From Patescibacteria group bacterium (GTDB taxonomy: Bacteria > Patescibacteriota > Patescibacteriia > JAHIZJ01), in the NCBI GenBank assembly GCA_028714495.1, contig JAQTMH010000004.1:64232-128231 (forward strand): a stretch of DNA of 64,000 nt, written 5' to 3'. The translations under genes and the position numbers were made by a program. Below, piece by piece: positions 48,176-58,154 of this stretch. How positions within the stretch are numbered: position 1 is the stretch's first letter; every line of letters starts with the position of its first letter. Below the pieces are notes generated by a model. That model was given only the letters and a program-made list of their open reading frames with translations, was not told the DNA's origin and ran no database searches.

Positions 48176-48742
48176 ATGACAAAATTTAATCTTAAAAACC
48201 TTGCGTCAGACAAACCCAGCATAAAATACTGCACCGCGAAGCAAGCCGTGGAACTGTCGAAGCAAAACCCACAAGCTCTCTATCCTAAGCTCGACGTATT
48301 TCTGCCGTTTCTCGACGGCGAAAACCATGTGCTCAAATGGGTAGCCATAATAATTATCGGAAATCTAGCCGGTGTTGACCGTAATAAAAGAATCGACCGG
48401 CTGGTGCCGAAATTGGCCGGCTTCTTGCACACCAAAGAATTAATAACCGCCGCGAATTCGATAAAAGCGCTGGGAAGTATCGCCCTGGCCAAACCTAAGT
48501 TCCGGGATGAAATTATCCGTCATATGTTGACGGTAGAAGGGGCTAATTATATAAGCAAGGGTAAAATATCTCCAGAATGCAGAAATGTCGTTCTCGGGCA
48601 CGTCCTGACCACGTTAGGTGAGTTGCCGGATGAGGCAATACGTAAGCCTGTAGTCACGGCCTTTCTCAAGCGCCAAACGAAAAACCGACGGCCAGCGGTG
48701 CGGGAGAAAGCGGTTGAATTGTTGAAAAGACATTGTAAATAA
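48176..48742 (+). CDS. HEAT/ARM-repeat-like hypothetical protein
   Basis: Helical repeats with IIGNLA, ALGSIA, VREKA. Confidence 0.7.
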   Translation: MTKFNLKNLASDKPSIKYCTAKQAVELSKQNPQALYPKLDVFLPFLDGENHVLKWVAIIIIGNLAGVDRNKRIDRLVPKLAGFLHTKELITAANSIKALGSIALAKPKFRDEIIRHMLTVEGANYISKGKISPECRNVVLGHVLTTLGELPDEAIRKPVVTAFLKRQTKNRRPAVREKAVELLKRHCK

Positions 48743-48750
48743 AAGTCATC

Positions 48751-48870
48751 CTTTCTAACCGACTTTCCCGCTATCCTGCTTTCTAACCGACTTTAGTCGG
48801 GTAGTGAAAAAAAGGTGGGATCCCGTCGAACCTGTCCCGTCGAATGACGGGATGGCGGGATAGCCGGGTT
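48751..48870. repeat. REP-like cluster (CTTTCTAACCGACTTT x2, GGGATCCCGTC, GGGATGGCGGGA)
   Basis: Shares blocks with 34485-34611. Confidence 0.6.
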
Positions 48871-48880
48871 AACGATGTTT

Positions 48881-48990
48881 ACCCCGCTCCAATCTCAGCC
48901 AAGTCCGTGGTTTATTGTTGGCCAAAGGCGAAGCCGCCTAGCGGCTCGCGCTTTTTCTTATTGATGACATCTATAAGATTGGGGCGGGGT
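48881..48990. mobile_element. MITE-like element, copy 2
   Basis: Near-identical to 1945-2054 with TIR ACCCCGC.CCAATCT/AGATTGGGGCGGGGT. Confidence 0.8.
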
Positions 48991-49155
48991 TCTTTGCCAT
49001 TGGCTTCGATAATGTAATTACTGAATTATTTACTTCTACTCATTACCAGAATTGGTACGGGGCAAAGAAAAAGGCGGAGCAGGATTGGTGCTCCGCCGCA
49101 GGCTATGTGTTAGATTACCTGTGTGCGTGTTGCCGCCTAGGTTGGCCGCGTGCTG

Positions 49156-49542
49156 CTACTTGGGATCGCCCTCCGGCTGATCTCCAGCTCCCTCGGCTTC
49201 GCTTGCCGGAGCGCCCCCACCCTCCTCCGCCACGGCCGGAGCTTCCGCGTCATCGGTCGGCCCGACGCGATCTCTGTCCAGCTCGCCTTCGCCCTCGTCC
49301 TCGGCTTCGTCCTCCTCCTCGTCCTCGTCCGGGACATCCACGCCCTCCAATGGCTCGATGTAGAGCGTGTCGCCGTCTTCGATCACCGCGTCCGGGTTGA
49401 TCTCGCCCTGCTTCTCGGTCACGAGCCGGTGGGTCTCCGGGTCGAACTCGTAACCCGCCTCCTCCAGCAGTTGCTGGGCCGTGACTTCCTCGCCCTCCAC
49501 CATGGGTTCGTGCCACTCGGTCACCTCCGTAACTCGGCGCAT
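49156..49542 (-). CDS. Ubiquitin-like (beta-grasp) domain with very acidic tail (stand-alone cassette)
   Basis: T.QQLL.EAG...LV...G.I.PD.VIEDGDTLYI pattern; AAGGAGGAGG SD; TTGACA-16-TAATAT; terminator GGCGGAGCA/TGCTCCGCC. Confidence 0.65.
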   Translation of the reverse strand: MRRVTEVTEWHEPMVEGEEVTAQQLLEEAGYEFDPETHRLVTEKQGEINPDAVIEDGDTLYIEPLEGVDVPDEDEEEDEAEDEGEGELDRDRVGPTDDAEAPAVAEEGGGAPASEAEGAGDQPEGDPK

Positions 49543-49670
49543 TGAAAATCCTCCTCCTTGTGGGGTTTTGCGTTTCTGGCCGCACCTTACGGCCTGGAAA
49601 CATATTACAGGATGCCAAAAAATTGTCAATATGCTGAGATATCCGAAAGACAGTTAGCTACAAAGTGTGC

Positions 49671-49835
49671 TTGACTCGGGAAAAAATACCAGTGTAAGAT
49701 GGCGCTTGCGTGTTAGAAGTATCGCTGCCAACTTGACTATGATAGACAACTCGTGACCAGCCGATTAAGTAACGGAGACTAGACAGACCAACTTACCCGC
49801 TATGTCATTTTTGACCTCTGGCGGGCTATTTTTTA
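49671..49835 (+). ncRNA. Candidate ~125-nt small transcript
   Basis: TTGACT-18-TAAGAT promoter, leader motif TATCGCTGCCAAC, terminator CCCGC...GCGGG plus T-run; no substantial ORF. Confidence 0.4.
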
Positions 49836-49950
49836 CTAAAATTTGCTGATAATATACTAATCAAGTAAGATATAATTAAATAAGAGATTAACATTTTTCT
49901 GGGTTCTCGGGTCAAGCCCGAGAACGACAAGATAATAAAAGTTTAATAAA

Positions 49951-50406
49951 ATGAAATTAAAATATTATAAACAACAGACAAATTACACTTGCGGTCCGGC
50001 TTGTCTGAGAATGATATTGCGAGTATTTGGAATAGAGAAAACAGAAAAGAGCTTGAGCCGGGAAATGAAAGCTGATCCCAGGGCCGGAGTTGCACGTAAG
50101 TATTTTACTAAGCTGGCAAAAAAATATAAATTGATATATAAGACAGGTGAAAACGCCAACCTCATATTATTGCGGCAATTAATAAAGGCTAAATTCATTA
50201 TTATAGTCGAATACTATATCTATCGGCACAAGGAAGCCCATTACTCAATAGTAAAGAAGATCAGCAGAGGTAGTATATATTTTTTAGACCCCTGGTTTGG
50301 GCCGAGACATAAATATCGGTTGGCATACTTCAATAGGGTATGGCGCGATGGGTTTAAGAAGAACAGCAGAAAGAAGTGGTATTTCGCGGTAAGATATTCA
50401 AAGTAG
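49951..50406 (+). CDS. Stand-alone C39 family cysteine peptidase
   Basis: QQTNYTCGPACL, HY.IV, DPW. Confidence 0.85.
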   Translation: MKLKYYKQQTNYTCGPACLRMILRVFGIEKTEKSLSREMKADPRAGVARKYFTKLAKKYKLIYKTGENANLILLRQLIKAKFIIIVEYYIYRHKEAHYSIVKKISRGSIYFLDPWFGPRHKYRLAYFNRVWRDGFKKNSRKKWYFAVRYSK

Positions 50407-50496
50407 CCAGTTTACATATTTACTGCCACAATGGTAATGATCGCAGGTACTTATTAATGAATTTTATTCGGATTAAGAAATATTAAATTTATAACA

Positions 50497-50952
50497 ATGG
50501 TGATAAAAAGCAAACAAAATCAATTAGCTAGATTAATCGCTCCTTGCGGTATGAACTGTGGTTTGTGCGCCGCGTATTTGCGCGAGGCAAAAAAATGCCC
50601 TGGGTGCCGAGGCGGCAATATCGATAAATCACCCGCCTGTATAAATTGTCGTATCAAAAATTGTTCCAAGCTGAAAAAAGCTAAATCTTCGTTTTGCTAT
50701 GCTTGCGACAGCTATCCCTGCGAACGAGTTAAACATCTGGATGCGCGATATCGGGAGCACTACCACATGAGTATGATCGAAAACCTGCGGTATATTCAGG
50801 CTAAGGGTATTGACGCGTTTATGCGCAATCAAAAAAAGAAATGGCAATGTCCGACCTGCGACGGAATGATTTGCTGTCACAACGGCCTGTGCTACAAGTG
50901 TGATATAATGAAATTGAAGGCGAAAAAGAGAAAATATCGCTGGGAGGATTAA
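50497..50952 (+). CDS. DUF3795-like Cys-rich (Fe-S/Zn) protein
   Basis: APCGMNCGLC, CPGC, C.IK.C, FC..C..YPC. Confidence 0.8.
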   Translation: MVIKSKQNQLARLIAPCGMNCGLCAAYLREAKKCPGCRGGNIDKSPACINCRIKNCSKLKKAKSSFCYACDSYPCERVKHLDARYREHYHMSMIENLRYIQAKGIDAFMRNQKKKWQCPTCDGMICCHNGLCYKCDIMKLKAKKRKYRWED

Positions 50953-50973
50953 TAAAATAATGAAAAAATAACT

Positions 50974-51531
50974 ATGAAAAAAACCTATCAAAATCTTCTC
51001 AAGGCAATCGCCGGCGAATCGCTGGCCCGCAACAAGTATACTTATTATGCCGAGATTGCCATGAAAGAAGGCTTGGTTTGGATCGCGAAGGTATTTGAAG
51101 AAACGGCGGATAATGAACGCGCTCACGCCCAGGAAGAATTGGAAAAGCTGCCCGAGAAAACGGAAATGACCAACACTTACGACATCCATCCGCTGGGAAC
51201 AACACTGGAGAATATCCGGAACGCTGAAGCCGGCGAACGTTATGAGTTTGGCACAATGTATCCAGAATTTGAAAAAGAAGCCCGCGCAGAAGACGAAACA
51301 GCTATCGCCGTTCTTTTTAAGGAAATTAGCGAAGTTGAGGAAAAACACGCTGAACGTTATAAAATATTGGGTGACAGATTGGAACAAGGAAAACTTTTCC
51401 AAAGCGACGAAGAAGTAGAATGGAAATGCCTAAACTGCGGCTATATCCACAAAGGCAAAAACGCGCCCGACAAGTGTCCGCTTTGTATGAAACCACAGGG
51501 TTGGTACATGCAAATTGGCGCGGTTCGATAA
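50974..51531 (+). CDS. rbr: Rubrerythrin
   Basis: AGES.ARNKY, ETA.NE..HA, E..H, C-terminal WKC.NCGY..CP.C. Confidence 0.95.
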   Translation: MKKTYQNLLKAIAGESLARNKYTYYAEIAMKEGLVWIAKVFEETADNERAHAQEELEKLPEKTEMTNTYDIHPLGTTLENIRNAEAGERYEFGTMYPEFEKEARAEDETAIAVLFKEISEVEEKHAERYKILGDRLEQGKLFQSDEEVEWKCLNCGYIHKGKNAPDKCPLCMKPQGWYMQIGAVR

Positions 51532-51578
51532 AGCGCTTCACGAGTAAATATATGCCTGAGTTTTGAAGGGTGGATTGT

Positions 51579-52166
51579 ATGGAAAGCATCTATAAAAAAA
51601 TCTGGCAGCTGGCGATTCCCTTTTATAAAAAAGGCCGGTCTTACGATATTATCCAGGTTCGCTGGATGATGAAAGAGGGTGATCGAATAGCTGATCTGGA
51701 AAAGATTGATAAAAAATTGTTATTACCTCTTATTATTTTACATGATGTTGGCTACTCGAAGGTGAAAATCAAGGATCCGCATATCAAGGACAAGGATACG
51801 AAAAGAGTGCACATGCGGGAGGGCGCGAAAATCGCCGCCAAGATTTTGGAACAAGTTAAGTATGATCCGGAACTAGCGAAAATTATCGTGAGATACATTT
51901 CAATCCACGATAATTGGGTTTTCGGAGATGATTGGCCGTATAAAAGCTCGCGTGAGATGGCTTTATTCAATGATTTGGACTTTCTCTGGGTGACGTCCAG
52001 TTTTAGAGCTTTCGCCGCCAACGGCAAGTCAATGGGCTTAACGCCGAAAAGCTTCTATAAGTTTTGGGAAAGTGACGAGAAATTGACCAGGCGGCCTTTT
52101 TGCTGTTCGGCCACCCAGAAAATATTCGACCAATCAATGCGCAGAATTAAACAACAATTAACCTAA
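51579..52166 (+). CDS. HD-domain protein
   Basis: ILHDVGYS, HMREGA, HD, DLD. Confidence 0.8.
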   Translation: MESIYKKIWQLAIPFYKKGRSYDIIQVRWMMKEGDRIADLEKIDKKLLLPLIILHDVGYSKVKIKDPHIKDKDTKRVHMREGAKIAAKILEQVKYDPELAKIIVRYISIHDNWVFGDDWPYKSSREMALFNDLDFLWVTSSFRAFAANGKSMGLTPKSFYKFWESDEKLTRRPFCCSATQKIFDQSMRRIKQQLT

Positions 52167-52172
52167 AAAACT

Positions 52173-52502
52173 ATGTCAGAGGGAACAAAATTACCAGAAG
52201 GGATCGAGCAAGAGGAACAAAACGAAGAAAAAGTCGAGCCATCGGCGGAAATGCCACAGCCAAAGGGATGGAAAGATTTATTCGGAGCCAGAAACGATCC
52301 AGCCTGGAAGCAGTTTTTAACTGAACGCGGACACCTGGTGGAGTATCAAAAACTGGCTGGTGCCCTGAGGGATTTTAATAGAACCGGTGGCGAAAAATCG
52401 CCAGCCGATTTCCGCCGTTTTTTGAAAGAAGGTGGTTACAAGAAACAGTATAAAAAGATGATGGGCTATTTAGATTCTTTTGAACAACAGGGTAAGGAAT
52501 AG
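52173..52502 (+). CDS. Hypothetical protein
   Basis: 109-aa ORF directly after the HD gene. Confidence 0.65.
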   Translation: MSEGTKLPEGIEQEEQNEEKVEPSAEMPQPKGWKDLFGARNDPAWKQFLTERGHLVEYQKLAGALRDFNRTGGEKSPADFRRFLKEGGYKKQYKKMMGYLDSFEQQGKE

Positions 52503-52577
52503 CCGGTTTGACTGAATCGCCCGATATTGTCATACTGACGATAGGGTCAGTGTTTATCTAATATTAAAAACAATTTT

Positions 52578-53231
52578 ATGAGTGAAAGTAAATTTGCCAT
52601 CGGCGAGGCAGTCAATTTCGGCTGGAACAAGACAAAAGAAAATGCCGGGTTATTAATTGTGATAGTGCTGATTACGATGGCAGTGAGCGGATTTGGATCA
52701 TTGTTCAGTCGGTCCGGGTCGGCGGTATATTTCATTAACCTGATCACCTGGGTAGTCGGGCTTTTTATCGGCATTGGCGTGATAAAAATCATGCTGAAGA
52801 TATATGACGGGCAAAAACCAGAGTTAAATTTATTATGGTCGGGTGGTCCGGTTTTCGTAAATTATTTATTGGGCAGCATCCTTGTTTCATTGATAGTGTT
52901 AGGAGGTTTGATTTTATTGGTTATCCCGGGCATCATCTGGAGCTTTAAGTATTCCATGACTACGTATTTGATAGTTGATAAAGGAATGGGACCAACCGAG
53001 GCTTTGCGCAAGAGCGGGGAGATTACCCAGGGTTCGAAATGGCAACTTTTTTTGCTGGGACTTGTTTTGGCCTTGATCAATATGGCGGGCGCCCTGGTTT
53101 TTGGCATCGGGTTGTTATTCACTATCCCGCTGACTTATCTGGCCATGGCTTTTGTCTACCGCAAATTACTGGGCCAAGCACCAGCTTCAGCGCCGACTCC
53201 AACTCCAAAGCCAGCCGCGCCAACTAATTAA
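52578..53231 (+). CDS. Integral membrane protein (DUF975-like)
   Basis: GLILLVIPGII, EALRKS..IT.G.KW.LF, GIGLLFTIP. Confidence 0.8.
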   Translation: MSESKFAIGEAVNFGWNKTKENAGLLIVIVLITMAVSGFGSLFSRSGSAVYFINLITWVVGLFIGIGVIKIMLKIYDGQKPELNLLWSGGPVFVNYLLGSILVSLIVLGGLILLVIPGIIWSFKYSMTTYLIVDKGMGPTEALRKSGEITQGSKWQLFLLGLVLALINMAGALVFGIGLLFTIPLTYLAMAFVYRKLLGQAPASAPTPTPKPAAPTN

Positions 53232-53261
53232 TTACTGAATAAGAATTAGATAAGCAGCTCC

Positions 53262-54143
53262 ATGACCTATTTGTTATTTGATATTGGCGGGACGAATATG
53301 CGTTTGGCCGTGGCGCATCAGACTAAGTTGTTTAGCGCGTTGACGATTGTCCGACGGCCGAGAAGCTTTGCTACTGGAATCCGCTTGATTAAAAAGTTGG
53401 CCGGTAATTTAGCAGCTGGTCGGAAAATTGATCAGGTAGTCGGCGGAATGGCTGGAGTATTAGATAAAGAACATACTCGTTTACTCCGCAGCCCGCATTT
53501 GCAGTCGTGGGTCAATAAACCCCTGCAGCGCGAACTCAGCCGCGCTCTAAAGGCGCCGGTTCGTTTGGAAAATGACGCTGACCTGATTGGTTTGGGCGAA
53601 GCAGTATCTGGAGCGGGCCGGGGCCATTCAATCGTCGCTTCCATAGCCATCGGTACGGGCATTGGCGGCACCCGGATTGTAGACGGACGGATCGATCATA
53701 ATGTTTTCGGCTTTGAGCCGGGCCACCATTTTCTCAATATCGGCATTCGCAAGCATCGGCATATTTCTCCTCATCCGGGCGACTGGGAAAGCTTGGTCTC
53801 AGGCAGCGCGATGAAAACGCGCTTTGGCCGGCCAGCCGAGAAAATAAATCAAAAAGCAATTTGGCGCGAGATGGCCCAGTATGTCGCTTACGGGCTGGTA
53901 AATGTTTCAGTTTTTTGGTCACCGAATATAATTGTGCTGGGCGGATCGCTCATGAAACGTTTGCCTCTGTCCGAGATCCGTCGCTATTATAAAAAATATT
54001 TAAAAATGTTTCCAACCCTGCCCCGAATCGTCCGGAGCAAGTTAGGCGACCGAGCCGGTTTGTACGGCGCGTTAAAATTAATAAACAATGATAAATGGAA
54101 CCAATATGCCAAAAGCCCAACAGGAAATAGAGACAAAGGTTAA
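53262..54143 (+). CDS. ROK family sugar kinase
   Basis: FDIGGT, LENDA..GLGE, GTGIGG, EPGH, VLGG. Confidence 0.92.
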   Translation: MTYLLFDIGGTNMRLAVAHQTKLFSALTIVRRPRSFATGIRLIKKLAGNLAAGRKIDQVVGGMAGVLDKEHTRLLRSPHLQSWVNKPLQRELSRALKAPVRLENDADLIGLGEAVSGAGRGHSIVASIAIGTGIGGTRIVDGRIDHNVFGFEPGHHFLNIGIRKHRHISPHPGDWESLVSGSAMKTRFGRPAEKINQKAIWREMAQYVAYGLVNVSVFWSPNIIVLGGSLMKRLPLSEIRRYYKKYLKMFPTLPRIVRSKLGDRAGLYGALKLINNDKWNQYAKSPTGNRDKG

Positions 54144-54252
54144 GACGCCGACCTCGACCCGGGTAGCCAAAGCGGTTTTGGTTATTTTTACCTCGGTCCT
54201 GGTTTTGTCAATTGCCCTGGTCTTCAGAATTTTCGCGACCAACATACGTTAG
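54106..54252 (+). CDS. Small single-TM protein, 48 aa (below ORF-track cutoff)
   Basis: Manual translation MPKAQQEIETKVKTPTSTRVAKAVLVIFTSVLVLSIALVFRIFATNIR. Confidence 0.45.
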   Translation: MPKAQQEIETKVKTPTSTRVAKAVLVIFTSVLVLSIALVFRIFATNIR

Positions 54253-54341
54253 GCTATAACTGAGGGTGATATAAGACACTTGCCAAACCGGCGGTTTTCG
54301 CCTACTCTGGGAAAGGCCGTAGAAAATTAAATTGCAAAATT

Positions 54342-56135
54342 TTGGATAATGTAGTAGAAGAAATCAAAACCCGTTTGGATATTGCCGAAATCGTTCAAGA
54401 GTACGTCAGGCTGACCAGGGCGGGTACTAATTTCAAAGGGCTTTGCCCGTTCCACACGGAGAAGACGCCCTCTTTTATGGTTTCGTCGGACAAGCAAATT
54501 TACCATTGCTTCGGCTGCGGCGAGGGCGGTGATGTTTTTAGCTTTGTCATGAAAATGGAGGGGATTGAATTTCCCGAGGCCTTGCGGATTCTGGCTGAAA
54601 GGGCCGGCGTCAAAATTCCGCCGCGCAATCCTAAGATGGCCAGCCAGAAAACAAAATTTTTGGATATTAACAGAGTAGCCGCCGCGTTTTTCAATAAAGT
54701 GTTACTGGAATCGTCGAAGGCGCAGGTAGCGCGCGACTATCTCAAACGGCGTCAGGTTTCGGATGAAACCTTGGACCGGTTCCAGCTCGGCTACAGCGTG
54801 GAGGATTGGGACGCGCTCAATAATTTTTTGATGAAGAGGGGATATAGCGTGGCAGAGATATTCGCGGCTGGCCTGACGATAAAAAAAGACCGCGGCGACG
54901 GCTACTTTGACCGTTTTCGCGGCCGGCTGATGTTTCCTCTCGCCGACGCCCATGGCCAGATCGTGGGATTTAGCGGACGAATTTTAAAAGCAGAGGAAAA
55001 AGCCGCCAAATACGTCAATTCTCCGCAAACTCTTATTTACAATAAAAGCGCGGTACTTTACGCCTTGCACTTGGCTAAGAAAGTGATCCAGAAAGAGAAA
55101 CTGGCCGTAGTGGTTGAAGGGCAAATGGACGTATTGGCTTCACACCAAGCGGGCGTTGAGAATGTTGTCGCCTCTGGCGGCACCGCCCTGACTCAGGAAC
55201 AAGTTCGTTTGATCAAGCGCTATTGCCAGGTGGCGGCTTTTGCTTTTGACATGGATGTGGCTGGGGCGGAAGCGGCCCGCCGGGGACTGGAAATCGCCTG
55301 GCAAAATGAATTAGAAACCCGCGTGGTCCAATTGCCTTTTGGCAAGGATCCAGACGAATGCATAAAAAAAGATCCGGCCGCCTGGCCAAAAGCCATTGCC
55401 GAGGCGCGACCGTTCATGGATTATTACTTTGATAAAATCTTTAAAGACCATGACCCGGCGAATGTCCAAGGGAAAAAAACAGCCGCCAACCTTTTTCTGC
55501 CCTTGGTCAGGCGCTTGCCCAATCCGATTGAGCAGACTCACTATCTTCAAAAACTGGCCGCCAAGATAAATGTCGAGGAGCGCTATTTAAGAGATCTAAT
55601 GGCGGCGGTGAAGCTTACCAGTACGACAACCCTTGAAGCTTCTTTGCCTAAAACCGCCGATTTGAAAGATCGAACCCAGAGGTTGGCCGAGATGGTGGTA
55701 GGCATTGGTTTGTGCCGGCCCGAGCATCTTGAATTTATTATCAAAGACGTCCAGCCGGAACATCTAAAAATCAAAGAAATATCAGAACTTTACAAAAATC
55801 TGGTAATTTATTATACTGAAAACAATAGATTTGATCTTAAGGATTTTTATTCAGCCCTAGCCAAAAAGGACAGCCGGCAGGTTGAATTGAGCAAACAGTT
55901 GTGCCTGCTGGTCGAGACTGAATATTCCGAGCTGGAGAAAGACGATCCGGCCATGATAAAAAAGGCTTTGATCGAGGCCATTCCTTTTCTTAAAAGACAG
56001 TATCTTTACTCGGAATTAAAGCGCCTGGAAGATGAATTGAGAATCGCCGAAGAATCGGGCAATAAAGAAAGTATTCGGACACTTTCAGAACATATTACAC
56101 GTTTGACCGAGGAATTAGGACAATTGAACCAGTAA
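54342..56135 (+). CDS. dnaG: DNA primase
   Basis: CPFH.EKTPSF..HCFGC zinc finger, FRGRLMFP, KYVNSP, VEGQMD, FDMD.AG, KDPD. Confidence 0.97.
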   Translation: MDNVVEEIKTRLDIAEIVQEYVRLTRAGTNFKGLCPFHTEKTPSFMVSSDKQIYHCFGCGEGGDVFSFVMKMEGIEFPEALRILAERAGVKIPPRNPKMASQKTKFLDINRVAAAFFNKVLLESSKAQVARDYLKRRQVSDETLDRFQLGYSVEDWDALNNFLMKRGYSVAEIFAAGLTIKKDRGDGYFDRFRGRLMFPLADAHGQIVGFSGRILKAEEKAAKYVNSPQTLIYNKSAVLYALHLAKKVIQKEKLAVVVEGQMDVLASHQAGVENVVASGGTALTQEQVRLIKRYCQVAAFAFDMDVAGAEAARRGLEIAWQNELETRVVQLPFGKDPDECIKKDPAAWPKAIAEARPFMDYYFDKIFKDHDPANVQGKKTAANLFLPLVRRLPNPIEQTHYLQKLAAKINVEERYLRDLMAAVKLTSTTTLEASLPKTADLKDRTQRLAEMVVGIGLCRPEHLEFIIKDVQPEHLKIKEISELYKNLVIYYTENNRFDLKDFYSALAKKDSRQVELSKQLCLLVETEYSELEKDDPAMIKKALIEAIPFLKRQYLYSELKRLEDELRIAEESGNKESIRTLSEHITRLTEELGQLNQ

Positions 56136-56238
56136 TCGAATTCTCTACCTTTGTTCCCAAGGGGACACTGATAGATCGGCCCTGTCGTTGGAATGACAGT
56201 CCGGCTTGTATCTATCGGCGGGTAAGGTAAAATTTTAT

Positions 56239-57459
56239 ATGGCTAAATCTAAGGACAAGAAAAAAAAGAAACGGAGCGCGGGCCACCCGAAACTTCAGGC
56301 CAGGAAAAAGGTGCGGGTAAGAAAGAAAAGAAAGATATCGGCAGCGGCGACTGAAAAGGCGAAAAAAGGCAAGGCTGAAGCTTCAAATGAGGCAATCAAC
56401 AGTCTACTGCGCAAAGGCCGGCAGAGGGGTTTTGTTACGGAAAAGGAGATCTTATACTCAATGCCGGAAGTAGAGGAATATATCGATACCTATGAGGATT
56501 TACTCGATAAATTCGAGGAACAAGGAATTAGCGTAGTCGAATCAGACGCGGGAATTCTCGATGTTCAGCCGACCGACAGCTTTCCCGGCCAGACTACTAC
56601 CCAAAGTGACAGCCAGCGCTTTGATTTAAGCGATATTTCAGACGACTCGATCCAAATGTATTTGCGGGAGATCGGAAAAGTCCACCTGCTTTCCGGCGAA
56701 GAAGAAGTCCAGCTCGCCAAGCGTAAAGAAAAGGGTGATGTCGAGGCGGCCAAGCAGATGGTTCAGGCCAACCTCCGGCTGGTAGTTTCGATCGCCAAAA
56801 AGTTTACCGGCCGCTCGCTTTCTCTGCTTGATTTGATCCAGGAGGGCAACATCGGCCTTTTCCGCGCCGTCGAGAAATTTGATTATCGCAAGGGCTATAA
56901 ATTTTCAACCTACGCTACCTGGTGGATCCGCCAGGCGATTACTCGGGCCCTGGCCGACCAATCGCGGATTATCAGAATACCGGTCCACATGGTTGAAACA
57001 ATAAATAAATTCCAGCAAATTGAGCGTTCATTAATCCAGGACCTGGGCCGAGAGCCTCTGCCCGAGGAAATCGCGGCCGAAATGGGTGAAGACGTGGAAA
57101 AGGTCAGGCACATTATGAAAATCTCACAGGACACAGTGTCGCTTGAGACTTCGGTCGGCGAGGATGACGAGGATTCCACCTTGGGCGATTTCATTGAAGA
57201 TGAGAAGACGGTATCGCCGGACCGGATCGCCTCGCTCCAGTTGCTAAAAGACCACGTCAAGGATATTATAAAGGAACTTCCGGCCCGGGAGCAGAAAATT
57301 CTTGAAATGCGTTTTGGTTTGCTGGACGGGGTGGCGCACACTCTCGAGGAAGTCGGCCAAGAATTTGGCGTAACCCGGGAACGAATCCGCCAAATCGAAG
57401 CCAAAGCCCTGGAGAAAATTCAGGAACACGGCGGGATGAGGAAACTGAGGGATTATTAA
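56239..57459 (+). CDS. rpoD: RNA polymerase primary sigma factor
   Basis: [57 protein letters not shown]. Confidence 0.97.
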   Translation: MAKSKDKKKKKRSAGHPKLQARKKVRVRKKRKISAAATEKAKKGKAEASNEAINSLLRKGRQRGFVTEKEILYSMPEVEEYIDTYEDLLDKFEEQGISVVESDAGILDVQPTDSFPGQTTTQSDSQRFDLSDISDDSIQMYLREIGKVHLLSGEEEVQLAKRKEKGDVEAAKQMVQANLRLVVSIAKKFTGRSLSLLDLIQEGNIGLFRAVEKFDYRKGYKFSTYATWWIRQAITRALADQSRIIRIPVHMVETINKFQQIERSLIQDLGREPLPEEIAAEMGEDVEKVRHIMKISQDTVSLETSVGEDDEDSTLGDFIEDEKTVSPDRIASLQLLKDHVKDIIKELPAREQKILEMRFGLLDGVAHTLEEVGQEFGVTRERIRQIEAKALEKIQEHGGMRKLRDY

Positions 57460-57523
57460 AAATAAATATGCAATGTTCAAAACGTAAAATGTCTTCTTGT
57501 CAAATATTTATTATTTTGGGAAC

Positions 57524-57832
57524 ATGAAAGACAAGAGGAAATATGCTGATCGAGCGAAATACCTTATCAACGCAGTTAAGAAAAGAAGAAAAAATGTCCG
57601 CGAAATGGCGATCTCTTATAAGGGTAATAGATGCGAGATATGTGGCTACAGAAAATGTAATGAAGCACTGGAATTTCACCACCAGATTAGCAAAAAAGAT
57701 TTTGGAATATCTAGCAAAGGATACACCAGAAGCTGGGAAAAAGTTAAACACGAACTAGACAAATGCGTATTACTCTGTGCGAATTGTCATCGGGAAGCAC
57801 ACGCTGGCAAACACAAAGTTGTTGATAAATAA
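57524..57832 (+). CDS. Free-standing HNH endonuclease
   Basis: CEICGY....ALEFHH ... ELDKCVLLCANCHREAH. Confidence 0.9.
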   Translation: MKDKRKYADRAKYLINAVKKRRKNVREMAISYKGNRCEICGYRKCNEALEFHHQISKKDFGISSKGYTRSWEKVKHELDKCVLLCANCHREAHAGKHKVVDK

Positions 57833-57858
57833 ATAGAAAAGGTCAAAGAGCGGTGAGT

Positions 57859-58154
57859 TCCGCGATAGCTCAATGGTAGAGCAACCGGCTGTGTACGAAA
57901 ACGCAGCTTCCGATGGAAACGTCGGGATGAACTCTCTGGGATAACGGTGAAGGCTTCATTCAAATTCTATTTGAATATGCTGATACCGTGGGAACCCCCG
58001 CACCTTCCGAAGGTGAGGGGGGCGCCGTAGAGACTAGATACCAGAGTGCCTAAACCCAGTCATTTGGGTAAGGCAAAGATATAGTCCATGCCGTATGGAA
58101 ACATATGGATTACGTGTAACCGGTAGGCTGTCGGTTCGAATCCGACTCGCGGAG
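57859..58154 (+). tRNA. tRNA-Asn(GTT) split by an intron: exons 57859-57892 and 58117-58154
   Basis: Acceptor TCCGCGA/TCGCGGA; spliced anticodon arm ACCGG-CT GT|T AA-CCGGT; GTTCGAATC T-loop. Confidence 0.93.
57893..58116 (+). ncRNA. Group I intron (224 nt) between anticodon positions 35 and 36
   Basis: P1 GCTGT/GCAGC with U-G at the 5' splice site; R GTAGAGACTA (58027), S AAGATATAGTC (58076); GAAA tetraloops on P2 and P9; terminal G. Confidence 0.92.

Noticed and set aside
50629-51402. 257-aa minus-strand ORF
   Set aside because: Overlaps rubrerythrin and the DUF3795-like gene in antisense; no motifs.
42000-53231. Integron cassette array
   Set aside because: No integron integrase, and the intergenic hairpins lack consistent RYYYAAC/GTTRRRY attC boxes.
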